DNA of 64,000 bases from Minisyncoccota bacterium (lineage in GTDB: Bacteria > Patescibacteriota > Minisyncoccia > 2-02-FULL-40-12 > IGHO2-01-FULL-4-A), in assembly GCA_040881175.1 (NCBI GenBank), contig JBBEDS010000014.1, positions 23,174-87,173 on the forward strand, written 5' to 3'. Below the pieces are notes generated by a model. That model ran no database searches, had not been told where the DNA came from, and saw only the letters and a list, made by a program, of their open reading frames with translations. Position numbers and translations under genes: made by a program. This document shows, piece by piece, positions 49,609-58,684 of this stretch. How positions within the stretch are numbered: the first letter of the stretch is position 1; the number at the start of each line of letters is the position of its first letter.

Positions 49609-49680
49609 TACCCCTGGAGGGAATCGAACCCCCATTCCTGGTTCCGAAGACCAGTGCTTTATCCTTTAAGCTACAGGGGC
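49609..49680 (-). tRNA. tRNA-Arg(TCG)
   Basis: GCCCCTG/CAGGGGT acceptor, CTGGT-CTTCGGA-ACCAG anticodon arm. Confidence 0.93.
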
Positions 49681-49741
49681 GCTCAAAGACTGAACAAAAA
49701 TTAACAAAAATCCTGCCTTTAGGCAAGATTTTTGTCTGTCT

Positions 49742-50323
49742 TTAAGACTCCAGAATCTGTATTTTTACAGTTCTAATACCGAATTCAAGAGCACTTTCAC
49801 GATCTGGGAACCAGATATCTATCTTGTGCCAGTATCTGCGGTTCATACGGTCTTCAACAACGAAGATCTTATCACCGTAAATATCAGGAATTTTGATCTT
49901 AGTTCCGAAAGGCAAGAAGTTGGCAGCAATGATACCATCACGTACATATGTACCGCGAGCGGTAATAAACGGGGTATCGTCAGTCTGATCCGGAGTTGAG
50001 GAATAAGCGGTAGCAGGAATAGTCATCTCCCTAATGGTTATAACCTCTTTCTCCGTAGCAACCGGGGCAGTATATGGCAATATGAAGCCCTTGGCAGCTA
50101 CTATAGGGTTCAGGGTATTACCAGAAGTGCTTATCTCCGGCAAACGTAGGTCTGGGCCGACATAGCTAGCGTTGGAATCTGCCGTTTCAGAAGCATCCTT
50201 ATTAGACCCCCTAAACCAGTCAAAAAATCCGGCATTTGCATTCGATGTTGGAGCAATTTGGGCTATAATTACAAGCAGTAAAATGGCCGTAATTTGCTTA
50301 ATTTTCATAGTGTTTTTGTTCAT
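49742..50323 (-). CDS. 3D domain (MltA-like) secreted protein
   Basis: TAYSSTPDQTDDTPFITA, VEDRM, IDIWF. Confidence 0.9.
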   Translation of the reverse strand: MNKNTMKIKQITAILLLVIIAQIAPTSNANAGFFDWFRGSNKDASETADSNASYVGPDLRLPEISTSGNTLNPIVAAKGFILPYTAPVATEKEVITIREMTIPATAYSSTPDQTDDTPFITARGTYVRDGIIAANFLPFGTKIKIPDIYGDKIFVVEDRMNRRYWHKIDIWFPDRESALEFGIRTVKIQILES

Positions 50324-50437
50324 ATTTACAATAAAAAACAGCCTATTTGGCTATTTCTAATAAAAAAGCCCGCCATAGCGGACCCATACCTTATTAACCT
50401 TATTGTGCTTCAATCATATCAGATTGAGGTTCAAAAG

Positions 50438-50947
50438 TCAACCCCCATTGGGAAGGGTCAAATCTGACTTTTTTCTGAATGGCCAGAACTTTTTTAGCAT
50501 TCTAATGCCCGGCTTAAGGGTAATAATTAAGAGAAACAGGCCTATGCTGATGTTCAGTCCGTCATAACTCCACCTTACTGGTTCATCGTCGCTTAATTTG
50601 AGCCACATTCCAAATTCGTCCATCGCTAGTCCGAAGCCGAAACCTAGTAGCATAGCTATCCAGAATTTTGCACGGGCCTGTTTAACGGCTAGGCCAAGAA
50701 AGCCAGCGATGAACAAGATAAAGAAACCATAGGTGAAGTGATGGACATGAAGGCCGGGAGACGGTTCAAGATAAATCGGTGGTATATGTCCGTAGGTGAT
50801 TAGGTAGCCTATTAGCCTGGAGCCTATAAAGGTCAGGATGAAAGAAAAGACGATAGGGAAAAGCAGAGATATGTACAAGCCAGGATCTCCGGTTTCAACC
50901 TTGCGGTGGATGCTTGATTTCATCCTGTTAACTATTGCTATAAACAT
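50438..50947 (-). CDS. integral membrane protein
   Basis: LHVHHFTYG, GLAMDEFG; four TMs. Confidence 0.8.
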   Translation of the reverse strand: MFIAIVNRMKSSIHRKVETGDPGLYISLLFPIVFSFILTFIGSRLIGYLITYGHIPPIYLEPSPGLHVHHFTYGFFILFIAGFLGLAVKQARAKFWIAMLLGFGFGLAMDEFGMWLKLSDDEPVRWSYDGLNISIGLFLLIITLKPGIRMLKKFWPFRKKSDLTLPNGG

Positions 50948-50962
50948 TTGTGCGAAAGAGAG

Positions 50963-51301
50963 CTAGACGTCCTTCCTCCTGACTTCACGCCAGTGGTAGA
51001 GGTAGACGGGAATGCCGATTATTAAGAAAGCAACTGCCTGAGCGGCATCTCTTTGTCTTTGTGAGGAGCGATATTCTTTATCTTGTTCTTCCTGATTTTT
51101 TATCTCTTCTTCTGTCTGCTCAACTACCTCGCCATCCTTATCAATCGAGGGCACGGGGCCTCGGTAGAAAACAGGAGCATCGGCCTTAGTGAAAACATAG
51201 GTCTTTAAACCCAAGTTAACTAGACTTACACCACCGATAATGACCAGTACTAATCCGACCGTGGAGAAAATATACAGATATATCATTCGTAATTTTGACA
51301 T
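50963..51301 (-). CDS. DUF5671-like membrane protein
   Basis: IYLYIFS..GL and GIPVYLYHW. Confidence 0.7.
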   Translation of the reverse strand: MSKLRMIYLYIFSTVGLVLVIIGGVSLVNLGLKTYVFTKADAPVFYRGPVPSIDKDGEVVEQTEEEIKNQEEQDKEYRSSQRQRDAAQAVAFLIIGIPVYLYHWREVRRKDV

Positions 51302-51346
51302 AGTGTTTTTTTACCGAAAATTAAATAATAAAAATTACTGAAATCT

Positions 51347-51421
51347 TGGAGCGGGTAACGGGATTCGAACCCGTGTTAGCTGATTGGCAACCAGCTGTAA
51401 TAGCCATTATACGATACCCGC
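51347..51421 (-). tRNA. tRNA-Gly(GCC)
   Basis: GCGGGTA/TACCCGC-T-CCA, GCTGG-TTGCCAA-TCAGC. Confidence 0.95.
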
Positions 51422-51442
51422 AGTTTGGTCATTATCACATTT

Positions 51443-52132
51443 TTAGACCTTTTTTTCAAGACTAAAGGCGTGAGATCGGAGATGGTCCTGGTATAGTTCA
51501 ATCCACTTTAGCACACGTTCTTTTAAGGCGCGGCTGCTTACTACGACAGTACAAACTCCATAAGAAAGTCTCTTTGTAGGATGGCGACCTTTTATGTAAA
51601 TTGACTTTTTAAATCTTTCCTGTGGGATTCCGGTAGTCTTGCTCCAAAAGTTTTTTTGAACGGAGTCGACTAAGTCCGGATAAAGTAAAAGCCAGGCGAA
51701 TATTTTGTCAGACTCTATGTTTAGTACATTTTTTAAAAAGAGATAGAAGATTTTTATCATCTCCGGTTCACTATTCCCGAGTCTTACCTGACTTGATTTT
51801 TTTTGTTTCTCGCCCTCTCCCCAGTAGAGCATTAACCCGGCCAGGAATAGGGGATCGTTTTTTAGTTCTGCAAACTCTTTTATAGCAGCTTCTCGATATT
51901 CTTCGTGCTTAATTCTCCAGCGTTCTCTGTTTGCTCGGGACATTAACTCTAACTGTTTGGGGTTAGACAAAGACACCTCTTTGGACAACCGGTTTTTAAT
52001 CTCTTGAGACCAGGGTTCGTTCTTAAACCAGCCAGCAAGTGTGCTGGTAGGAATTCCCAACTCTTTGTAGATTTTTTTATAACTTGTGCCTGCTCGGCGT
52101 AATTCTGTGGCTTTTTGCCTATCTTTTCTCAT
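51443..52132 (-). CDS. HTH plus LAGLIDADG-like protein between tRNA genes
   Basis: ELRRAGTSYKKI...STLAGW HTH; LAGLMLYWGEGEK, NSEPEMI, YGVC; start MRKDRQ. Confidence 0.75.
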   Translation of the reverse strand: MRKDRQKATELRRAGTSYKKIYKELGIPTSTLAGWFKNEPWSQEIKNRLSKEVSLSNPKQLELMSRANRERWRIKHEEYREAAIKEFAELKNDPLFLAGLMLYWGEGEKQKKSSQVRLGNSEPEMIKIFYLFLKNVLNIESDKIFAWLLLYPDLVDSVQKNFWSKTTGIPQERFKKSIYIKGRHPTKRLSYGVCTVVVSSRALKERVLKWIELYQDHLRSHAFSLEKKV

Positions 52133-52257
52133 AAAGTGGATATTTCCGCAAACTCTTGTATCAATATATAGCTTTATCATAACACGGGGTTCGGTTTTTG
52201 TGGTTAAAGCTGTGGATAATACAAAACGGCCTTTAGGCCGTTTTGTATTATAACGTG

Positions 52258-52329
52258 TGCCGCGGGGGTGAATCGAACACCCGACGCCATCCTCTTCAGG
52301 GATGCGCTCTACCACTGAGCTACCGCGGC
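52258..52329 (-). tRNA. tRNA-Phe(GAA)
   Basis: GCCGCGG/CCGCGGC, CATCC-CTGAAGA-GGATG. Confidence 0.96.
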
Positions 52330-52440
52330 TTAATTGTTAATCTAAAAATTATATCAGAATTGATTGACTTTTCAATGGACAGGGGCATATAATGCGGGCA
52401 AATAAGATGCTTAAAATATTCAGCTAAAGCGAGGTGGCAA

Positions 52441-53055
52441 ATGGGTAGACGGAGAAAAAATAACCCTGAACGTATCGCTGAGGAAGGGCTAATCCTACGT
52501 TGCCAGAGGGGTGACGAAGACGCCTTTGCTGAGCTTGTTGAGCGATACAGCTCTAAAGTAACCGCAACCGTGCGAGGTATTATCAGGAGATCTAATGACG
52601 TAGAAGACCTTGTGCAGCAGGTATTTACTAAAGCGTGTCTCTCTATTAAGCGTTTCAGGCTCGACTCCTCGTTTGCTACTTGGATACACAGGATAACGGT
52701 CAACGAGTGTTACGACCATCTGCGAAAAAAGAAAGTTCGTAAGCTAACTTATGAGTGTGATCTCGCCGAAGATGATGCGAGAACAGTTGATTGCTTTCCT
52801 GATAGTAGTCCATCAGTTGATGCCCGTATGAGAAACCACAGGTACGTAGCTAGATTGTTATCAAGGGTATCTGCAGAAGACCGCGGCCTCCTAATTCAAA
52901 AAGAAGTCGAGGGCTTCTCAATAGAGGAGCTGTCCGGCATGACCGGCCTAAAAGAGAATACTATCAAGGTCAGATTATTCCGTGCCCGCCAGAAGATGAT
53001 AAAAGCGGCCGCCGGAAGAAATGTATACACGGGCTGTCTTGCAGCCTGCGCCTAA
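52441..53055 (+). CDS. ECF RNA polymerase sigma factor (RpoE-like)
   Basis: GDEDAFAELVERY, EDLVQQVF, FATWIHRITVN, TIKVRLFRAR. Confidence 0.93.
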   Translation: MGRRRKNNPERIAEEGLILRCQRGDEDAFAELVERYSSKVTATVRGIIRRSNDVEDLVQQVFTKACLSIKRFRLDSSFATWIHRITVNECYDHLRKKKVRKLTYECDLAEDDARTVDCFPDSSPSVDARMRNHRYVARLLSRVSAEDRGLLIQKEVEGFSIEELSGMTGLKENTIKVRLFRARQKMIKAAAGRNVYTGCLAACA

Positions 53056-53084
53056 GATTCGCCAGCCAAAAGGCTGGTTTTTTG

Positions 53085-53156
53085 TGGGCGGTATAGGATT
53101 CGAACCTATGGCCCTCTCAACGTCAATGAGATGCTCTACCACTGAGCTAACCGCCC
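53085..53156 (-). tRNA. tRNA-Val(GAC)
   Basis: GGGCGGT/ACCGCCC, TCTCA-TTGACGT-TGAGA. Confidence 0.95.
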
Positions 53157-53175
53157 GGGCACTACCTAGTAAATG

Positions 53176-53259
53176 TGCGGACGAGAGGATTCGAACCTCC
53201 AAGCCCTTGCGAGCACTACCACCTCAAGGTAGCGTGTCTGCCAGTTCCACCACGTCCGC
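53176..53259 (-). tRNA. tRNA-Leu(GAG)
   Basis: GCGGACG/CGTCCGC, CTACC-TTGAGGT-GGTAG, long variable arm. Confidence 0.95.
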
Positions 53260-53270
53260 CCATGCCGAAT

Positions 53271-53738
53271 TTATTTTTCAGGTTCTTGAGTCGGAGTTTC
53301 TTCCACGGAATTATTTACAGTTTCTTCGGCTGATTTTTCTGCATTCTCCATCTTCGATTCCTCAGAAGCCATTGCGGCCAGGGTGCTGTTCTCAACAATT
53401 TTTGTCTTCTTGCGAGTTTCACGAGTGGTTTTGCCGCGGAGGTAGTAGAGCTTTGCTCGGCGTACTTTAGATTCCCTGACTATTTCAAATTTCTCAATTG
53501 TTGGCATGTGTAGGGGGAATACTCTTTCTACGCCGATACCATTAGATATCTTGCGGACTGTGATAGTTCCATTTGGTCCGGTACCGTGCTTTCTAGCTAT
53601 AACCAAACCTTCAAAAATCTGAGTCCTTGTTTTGGTTCCATCTTTGATTTTCTGGTGCACCCTTAAAGTCAAACCCGGCTTGATTTCGGGCAAGTTCTTA
53701 AGGTTTTGTCTTGAGTTGAAGTGTGTGATCGTATCCAT
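53271..53738 (-). CDS. rplS: 50S ribosomal protein L19 with acidic tail
   Basis: [26 protein letters not shown]. Confidence 0.97.
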   Translation of the reverse strand: MDTITHFNSRQNLKNLPEIKPGLTLRVHQKIKDGTKTRTQIFEGLVIARKHGTGPNGTITVRKISNGIGVERVFPLHMPTIEKFEIVRESKVRRAKLYYLRGKTTRETRKKTKIVENSTLAAMASEESKMENAEKSAEETVNNSVEETPTQEPEK

Positions 53739-53764
53739 AATTGTTTGGTTATTCTAATACAAGA

Positions 53765-54475
53765 TTAGCTTTTAGGCAAGGTTTTAAGGAATTCGCTTAA
53801 CTCAGGCGAAAGATCAGTCTCTATGGTTAGAGATTCTCCAGAGGGGGAGGTGAATGACAGTTTTTTGGCATGAAGAAAAAGCCGGCCAAGCTCAGGAGGA
53901 CATGTCATACTTTTTGAACGGTAAAGACGGTCGCAAACCACGGTATGCCCTATATACTTCATATGCAATCTTATCTGATGAGTCCTGCCGGTTATTGGCG
54001 TAGCCTCAACGAGGGTATAGTCTTCATATCTCTCTAGAACCTTATAGTCGGTAACTGCCTCTTGTCCCTTGAGTATCCGCTTCCCCAACATACGAGTGGT
54101 TCGGAGTACTCCTAAACGTGCGACTGGGGTATCTACCGTGCCCTCGTTATTCTTTACCTTTCCATAGACCAGAGCGACGTATGTTTTTTTGATATCCCTG
54201 CTCTTGAACAGGTTCTTAAAATATTCAAAACTTTCTGGAGTTTTAGCCAAAATTAAAAGACCAGAGGTTTCTCTATCTAAACGATGAACCACTCCTGGCC
54301 TAAGAGGATCAGTGCCCACACTTTTCGCTGACGGGTATTTTTTGACCAACCATTCGGTTACACTCTCTTGGTGATCAAACTCATTTTTTGGATGAGTGAT
54401 CAGGCCTGATGGCTTGTTGATTATGACGAAGTCATTGTCCTCATAGACGACGGACACCTCATTGATTTTAGACAT
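53765..54475 (-). CDS. RluA family pseudouridine synthase
   Basis: NKPSGL, VHRLDRETSG, TGRTHQIR. Confidence 0.95.
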   Translation of the reverse strand: MSKINEVSVVYEDNDFVIINKPSGLITHPKNEFDHQESVTEWLVKKYPSAKSVGTDPLRPGVVHRLDRETSGLLILAKTPESFEYFKNLFKSRDIKKTYVALVYGKVKNNEGTVDTPVARLGVLRTTRMLGKRILKGQEAVTDYKVLERYEDYTLVEATPITGRTHQIRLHMKYIGHTVVCDRLYRSKSMTCPPELGRLFLHAKKLSFTSPSGESLTIETDLSPELSEFLKTLPKS

Positions 54476-54481
54476 TATGTT

Positions 54482-54558
54482 TGGTGGGCGATGCAGGACT
54501 CGAACCTGCGGCCTTCTCGGTGTAAACGAGACGCTCTAGCCAACTGAGCTAATCGCCC
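54482..54558 (-). tRNA. tRNA-Val(TAC)
   Basis: GGGCGAT/ATCGCCC-ACCA, TCTCG-TTTACAC-CGAGA. Confidence 0.96.
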
Positions 54559-54570
54559 TATTAAGTTTCC

Positions 54571-54647
54571 TGGTGGGCGTGCCTGGACTCGAACCAGGGA
54601 CCCCGGACTTATAAGATCCGTGCTCTAACCAACTGAGCTACACGCCC
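54571..54647 (-). tRNA. tRNA-Ile(TAT)
   Basis: GGGCGTG/CACGCCC-ACCA, CGGAT-CTTATAA-GTCCG. Confidence 0.93.
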
Positions 54648-54720
54648 TATTTCTGGCATTATTTTATTGTTTTTTCACGTTTTCGTCAATCGGAATGAAA
54701 AAGTCGGCGCTTCAGCCGAC

Positions 54721-55017
54721 TTAGAATCCGAGATGTTTTTCAAGAGTTTTTACGGTCTCATTACCGGTCAGGCAAGAATCGCAGATTCCGCCCACGGGGG
54801 TTGATTCGCTGAGAGAAGATAAAGCTTCAGAGATCCACCCGAGTGTAGGCCTTATCCTGAATAGCTTGCCCCCAACCGTGCGGTGCTCGGAATAGGTGCT
54901 TAAGTCGCAGTTGTTGACATCTGGGACGTCGCCTTCAAACATTTTCTGAGTTCTCTCTTCGTTGATGAGGTTTTCACACAGGGCGCATTTATAGACTTTT
55001 CGTTGGAGATTCTCCAT
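54721..55017 (-). CDS. small putative zinc-finger protein (orphan cassette)
   Basis: CALC...CDSC; AGGAGG SD; TTGACG-16-TATACT promoter; terminator 54698-54722. Confidence 0.75.
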   Translation of the reverse strand: MENLQRKVYKCALCENLINEERTQKMFEGDVPDVNNCDLSTYSEHRTVGGKLFRIRPTLGWISEALSSLSESTPVGGICDSCLTGNETVKTLEKHLGF

Positions 55018-55092
55018 CTCTTGCCTCCTGAATTTGTTCGGGTGCTCACTTCAGTATATTTAATATTGGCTTGGCGTCAATTATTGAGGAAG

Positions 55093-56907
55093 CTATGTTA
55101 TTAAAGCGTAGAACTCTTTTTGCTCCAGAGTTTCCTTGGAGATAAGCTCTTTGGCAATTTTGTCCAGAGTTTTTACTTTTTTGCCCAGAATCTCTTTGGC
55201 TTTTTTCATTGCTCTTGAAAGCAAGCCATGAATCTCGCTGTCTATCTTAAATGCGATCTCGTTGGAATAATTTTTATCTGAGCCTATCTCTTTGCCCAAG
55301 AAAACCAGTTCTTCTTTTTCACCAAATACAACTGGGCCGAGTTTGTCGGACATTCCATATTGAGTGACCATCTTGCGAGCCAGGTCCGAGGCAACCTTCA
55401 GGTCGTTGGATGCTCCGGTAGTCAGTTCTTTGAATACCAGACGTTCAGCTGTATAACCGCCGAGAAGTACGGCCAGCTCAGCTTCGAACTCTGACTTTGA
55501 GCGTAAGTGCTTGTCTTCCGTAGGTAATTTAAGGGTGTATCCACCAGCGCGTCCGCGCGATACTATGGAGACTTTGTGGACCGGATCTGTATGTGGCATA
55601 GAGACAGCGACAAGGGCATGACCAGCTTCGTGATATGCAGCTATCTTTTTCTCTTCTTTAGAGAAGGCATGAGAGCGTCTTTCCGGACCCAGCATTACTT
55701 TCTCTAAGGCTTCTAGTAGGTTGTCTTGATTTATCTGCTTCTGATTTTTCCTAGCAGCAAGTATAGCCGCTTCGTTTATTAAATTAGCCAAGTCAGCACC
55801 AGAAAACCCTGGGGTTCTCTCGGCAACTAGTCGCATATTAACCTCTTTCATCAGGGGCTTGTCTGTAGCATGTATTCTCAATATGGCCTCTCTATCTTTC
55901 ATTGATGGCTCATCTAGTATTATCCGTCTGTCGAAGCGTCCCGGTCTAAGAAGAGCGGGGTCCAATATATCCGGACGGTTGGTTGCCGCCATGACAATTA
56001 TTGCATCGTTGGTGGCGAAGCCGTCCATCTCAACCAATATTTGGTTAAGTGTCTGTTCTCTCTCATCGTGTCCGCCGCCAAGACCCGCTCCGCGGTGGCG
56101 ACCGACTGCATCAATCTCATCAACAAAGATTATTGAAGGCGCGGTTTTCTTGGCGACCTCAAATGTATCTCTGACTCGGTTGGCACCGACTCCGACGAAC
56201 ATCTCTACGAATTCGGAACCCGAGACGAAGTAGAATGGGACGTTAGCCTCATTAGCCACTGCTTTGGCTAGCAGTGTCTTACCTGTGCCGGGGGAGCCTA
56301 TCAGAAGAATGCCTCGAGGAATTCGGGCTCCCAGTTTCTGGAATCTCTTAGGATCGCGGAGGAATTCCACGACCTCAGATATTTCTTCCTTAGCTTCGGT
56401 TAAACCGGCAACATCTTTGAAAGTAAGCTTTTTTTTGCCGTTACCGTCGGCCAGCTTAGCTCTTGATTTACCGAAAGTGAAGGCCTGCATTGATCCTCGC
56501 TGTGCTTGGCGGAACATGAACCAGAACAGGAATATGATTAGCAGAAATGGCAGAAGGAAAGGCAAAAAGTTGGCCAGGTAAAATCCAAAGCCCGATTCAT
56601 CCTGTATATCTAGGTTAACTTCTTTTAATCTTTCTTGCTCGACTCCGAGGTTGACCAGGGTCTCGCTAACTGAAGTTCCTGGTTCTCTCTTTGATTCTTC
56701 CTTCTCATCGTTTTTTAACGTGATCTCCAGCTTTTCTCCGCGTACAACGACCTCTTTAACCTCAGATTGATTGATCTGGTTAACTAGGGTTGTGAGTGAG
56801 ACCTCATTTGGTGTTTCGCCAAACGGTGAGTTAAACAGGGCGACGAAACCAGACAAAACCAGAAGTATTAAAAAGACTATTAGAATATATTTTGCGAGTG
56901 ATTTCAT
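55093..56907 (-). CDS. ftsH: ATP-dependent zinc metalloprotease FtsH
   Basis: [28 protein letters not shown]. Confidence 0.97.
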   Translation of the reverse strand: MKSLAKYILIVFLILLVLSGFVALFNSPFGETPNEVSLTTLVNQINQSEVKEVVVRGEKLEITLKNDEKEESKREPGTSVSETLVNLGVEQERLKEVNLDIQDESGFGFYLANFLPFLLPFLLIIFLFWFMFRQAQRGSMQAFTFGKSRAKLADGNGKKKLTFKDVAGLTEAKEEISEVVEFLRDPKRFQKLGARIPRGILLIGSPGTGKTLLAKAVANEANVPFYFVSGSEFVEMFVGVGANRVRDTFEVAKKTAPSIIFVDEIDAVGRHRGAGLGGGHDEREQTLNQILVEMDGFATNDAIIVMAATNRPDILDPALLRPGRFDRRIILDEPSMKDREAILRIHATDKPLMKEVNMRLVAERTPGFSGADLANLINEAAILAARKNQKQINQDNLLEALEKVMLGPERRSHAFSKEEKKIAAYHEAGHALVAVSMPHTDPVHKVSIVSRGRAGGYTLKLPTEDKHLRSKSEFEAELAVLLGGYTAERLVFKELTTGASNDLKVASDLARKMVTQYGMSDKLGPVVFGEKEELVFLGKEIGSDKNYSNEIAFKIDSEIHGLLSRAMKKAKEILGKKVKTLDKIAKELISKETLEQKEFYALIT

Positions 56908-56951
56908 GGAGCTAAATTAACATAAAAAATGTGGTGCGACAATATTTAGGT

Positions 56952-57000
56952 AAAAAAAGTGCCCCGACTCAAATCACTTGCGTGACTATATTGTCGGGGC
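56952..57000 (-). terminator. intrinsic terminator of the 465-aa gene
   Basis: GCCCCGAC...GTCGGGGC-ACTTTTTT on minus strand. Confidence 0.7.
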
Positions 57001-57047
57001 TGGGTCGGTGAAAGGATAGTGTGAGAACCACTTCCACCGGTTGGTTG

Positions 57048-58445
57048 TTAGGAGAGTAGGGCCTTCATCTCCTTGTAGTCGGCGGCATCGATCTCACCCT
57101 TCGCGAAGCGTCGGGCGAGCGCCTTGAGCTCTTCGTTGCCGGAAGTCGCCTGGCCTTCGGTGGCCGGCGCCGCAACCTCTTCGTGCTCTTTGGCGACGCC
57201 ATTGGCGTGACCGTTGGGTTGGACTTCAGCCAGTTTCGGCTGCTCGCTTTCAGCGGCTTGCTTTCGCTCCGCCTCGGCTCGCAGATGATCGGCCCTTTCC
57301 CGCTTGTTCTTCGCCTTGGTCGCGAACGACTGTGCACCGGAATAGTTCTTCGCGGCGACAGCTTCCGTTTCTTTGGCATCAAGCTCGGCCGCTTCGGCCT
57401 CGAGAGACTCCGGCGTTTCCGCCGGGATCACCTTGACCTCCAGCCCGCGCTCCTTCAGAGAAGTAGGAGACTCTTGGCCGTCCTCGTCCTCAATGGAAGC
57501 GCTGGTGGTTACCTTCAGCGGCTCTGCGTTCGCTTCTTCGGCAATGATAGCCTTCTGGGCTTCCGCCAGCTCAGTTTCGAGCTTGTCGGCATCGACTCTG
57601 AGGCGTTTGGCCATCTTCTGGCAGCTACCAGCCTTTTCGTAGTCGCCGGCTGCGGCGGCTGTGTCGGCGTCGGCCTGTTTCTGCTCGGCTTCTGCGCGCA
57701 GGCTTTCGGGAGTGTCCTGCTCTTCTTGCTCTTCGGGTTCCGAAAAGGCCATATTGGCCTCGTCGTCGACCTCTTCTCCGGCTTTGCGCCGTTGCTGATT
57801 CCTGGTAATTCGGTCGATGGTGTCTTGCACCAGTGCGACGTCGGCCAGGATGTGGTTGTAGTCCTTACTCGCTTCGCTTTGATCTGCGAGCCTCTTGAGG
57901 AAGTCGTCGCCTTCCATGTCGGCTTCGGTTTTGATCGTTTGCTTGTACTCAATGTCACCCAAAGCTTCGTTGGCGGCAGCCACCATCTTGAGTCGACCGT
58001 CGAGGTCGGGACGCAGGCCAGCCCGATTCGTGAACCTTACCAGGCGGATCCAGGCTGAGAAGAAGGGAGCGTTCCAGGGGAACAGCGCCCACATGACGTT
58101 CTCGGCGAAGTCCTTCACACCACCGGTCTTGGCGGGGAAGTACATGCCTTTGAGCAGTCCAAAGTTCTGGACGTGCCGGAGGTACTTCTGCTGAAGCTGA
58201 CGGTCGAGGGTTCTGACCTCTTTCCGCAATCCTTCCAGCTCTTTCAGACCTTCCGGAGAGAGCTGACGGTCGTCGCCCTGCTCGTTCGTGATTTTCCAGG
58301 CCTTCCGAATGAGAGAAGCAAGGACTTTGTCTTCCACCATCGGAACTTTGCTTCCGCGGGTGAAATTCTGGCTCCTCTCACCACTGGCGACCTGAGGTTT
58401 GTCTGAGCCGTCTTCATGACGGCGTCGAACGTTCTTATTGGCCAT
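57048..58445 (-). CDS. GC-rich hypothetical protein with two UVR-like repeats and C-terminal SHOCT-like domain
   Basis: TPESL...AAAAGDYEKA / TPESL...AVAAKNYSGA repeats; LARRFAKGEIDAADYKEMK tail; AGGAGG SD. Confidence 0.8.
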   Translation of the reverse strand: MANKNVRRRHEDGSDKPQVASGERSQNFTRGSKVPMVEDKVLASLIRKAWKITNEQGDDRQLSPEGLKELEGLRKEVRTLDRQLQQKYLRHVQNFGLLKGMYFPAKTGGVKDFAENVMWALFPWNAPFFSAWIRLVRFTNRAGLRPDLDGRLKMVAAANEALGDIEYKQTIKTEADMEGDDFLKRLADQSEASKDYNHILADVALVQDTIDRITRNQQRRKAGEEVDDEANMAFSEPEEQEEQDTPESLRAEAEQKQADADTAAAAGDYEKAGSCQKMAKRLRVDADKLETELAEAQKAIIAEEANAEPLKVTTSASIEDEDGQESPTSLKERGLEVKVIPAETPESLEAEAAELDAKETEAVAAKNYSGAQSFATKAKNKRERADHLRAEAERKQAAESEQPKLAEVQPNGHANGVAKEHEEVAAPATEGQATSGNEELKALARRFAKGEIDAADYKEMKALLS

Positions 58446-58519
58446 TTCTTGGCCCTCCTGTTGTCAAAGATTAGTACAGCGAAAATGCTCTCGAGAGCGC
58501 ATTCTCGCCATCCGGTATT

Positions 58520-58563
58520 AATATATCAGATGGCTTGACTAATGTCAATAACATAAGTATAGT
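58520..58563. promoter_or_regulatory. overlapping divergent sigma70 promoters
   Basis: TTGAC-TAAT-GTCAA at 58535-58548 provides TTGACT-17-TATAGT (+) and TTGACA-17-TATATT (-). Confidence 0.7.
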
Positions 58564-58684
58564 ATTGGAAAGTTAGGAAATAGGCCTTTTAAAATTAATT
58601 GCTACAAGACGGGCCTACTATTAATACATAGCCGACCTATTTTGTAGCAATTTTTAATATCAAAATATGCAGAGGAGGAATTAG

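Noticed and set aside
52133-52315. N-terminal extension of the 290-aa ORF
   Set aside because: Runs through tRNA-Phe; the likely start is 52132.
57065-58406. Long overlapping ORFs (291 aa +, 147 aa -, others)
   Set aside because: Shadow frames of a GC-rich gene; no RBS or recognisable motifs.
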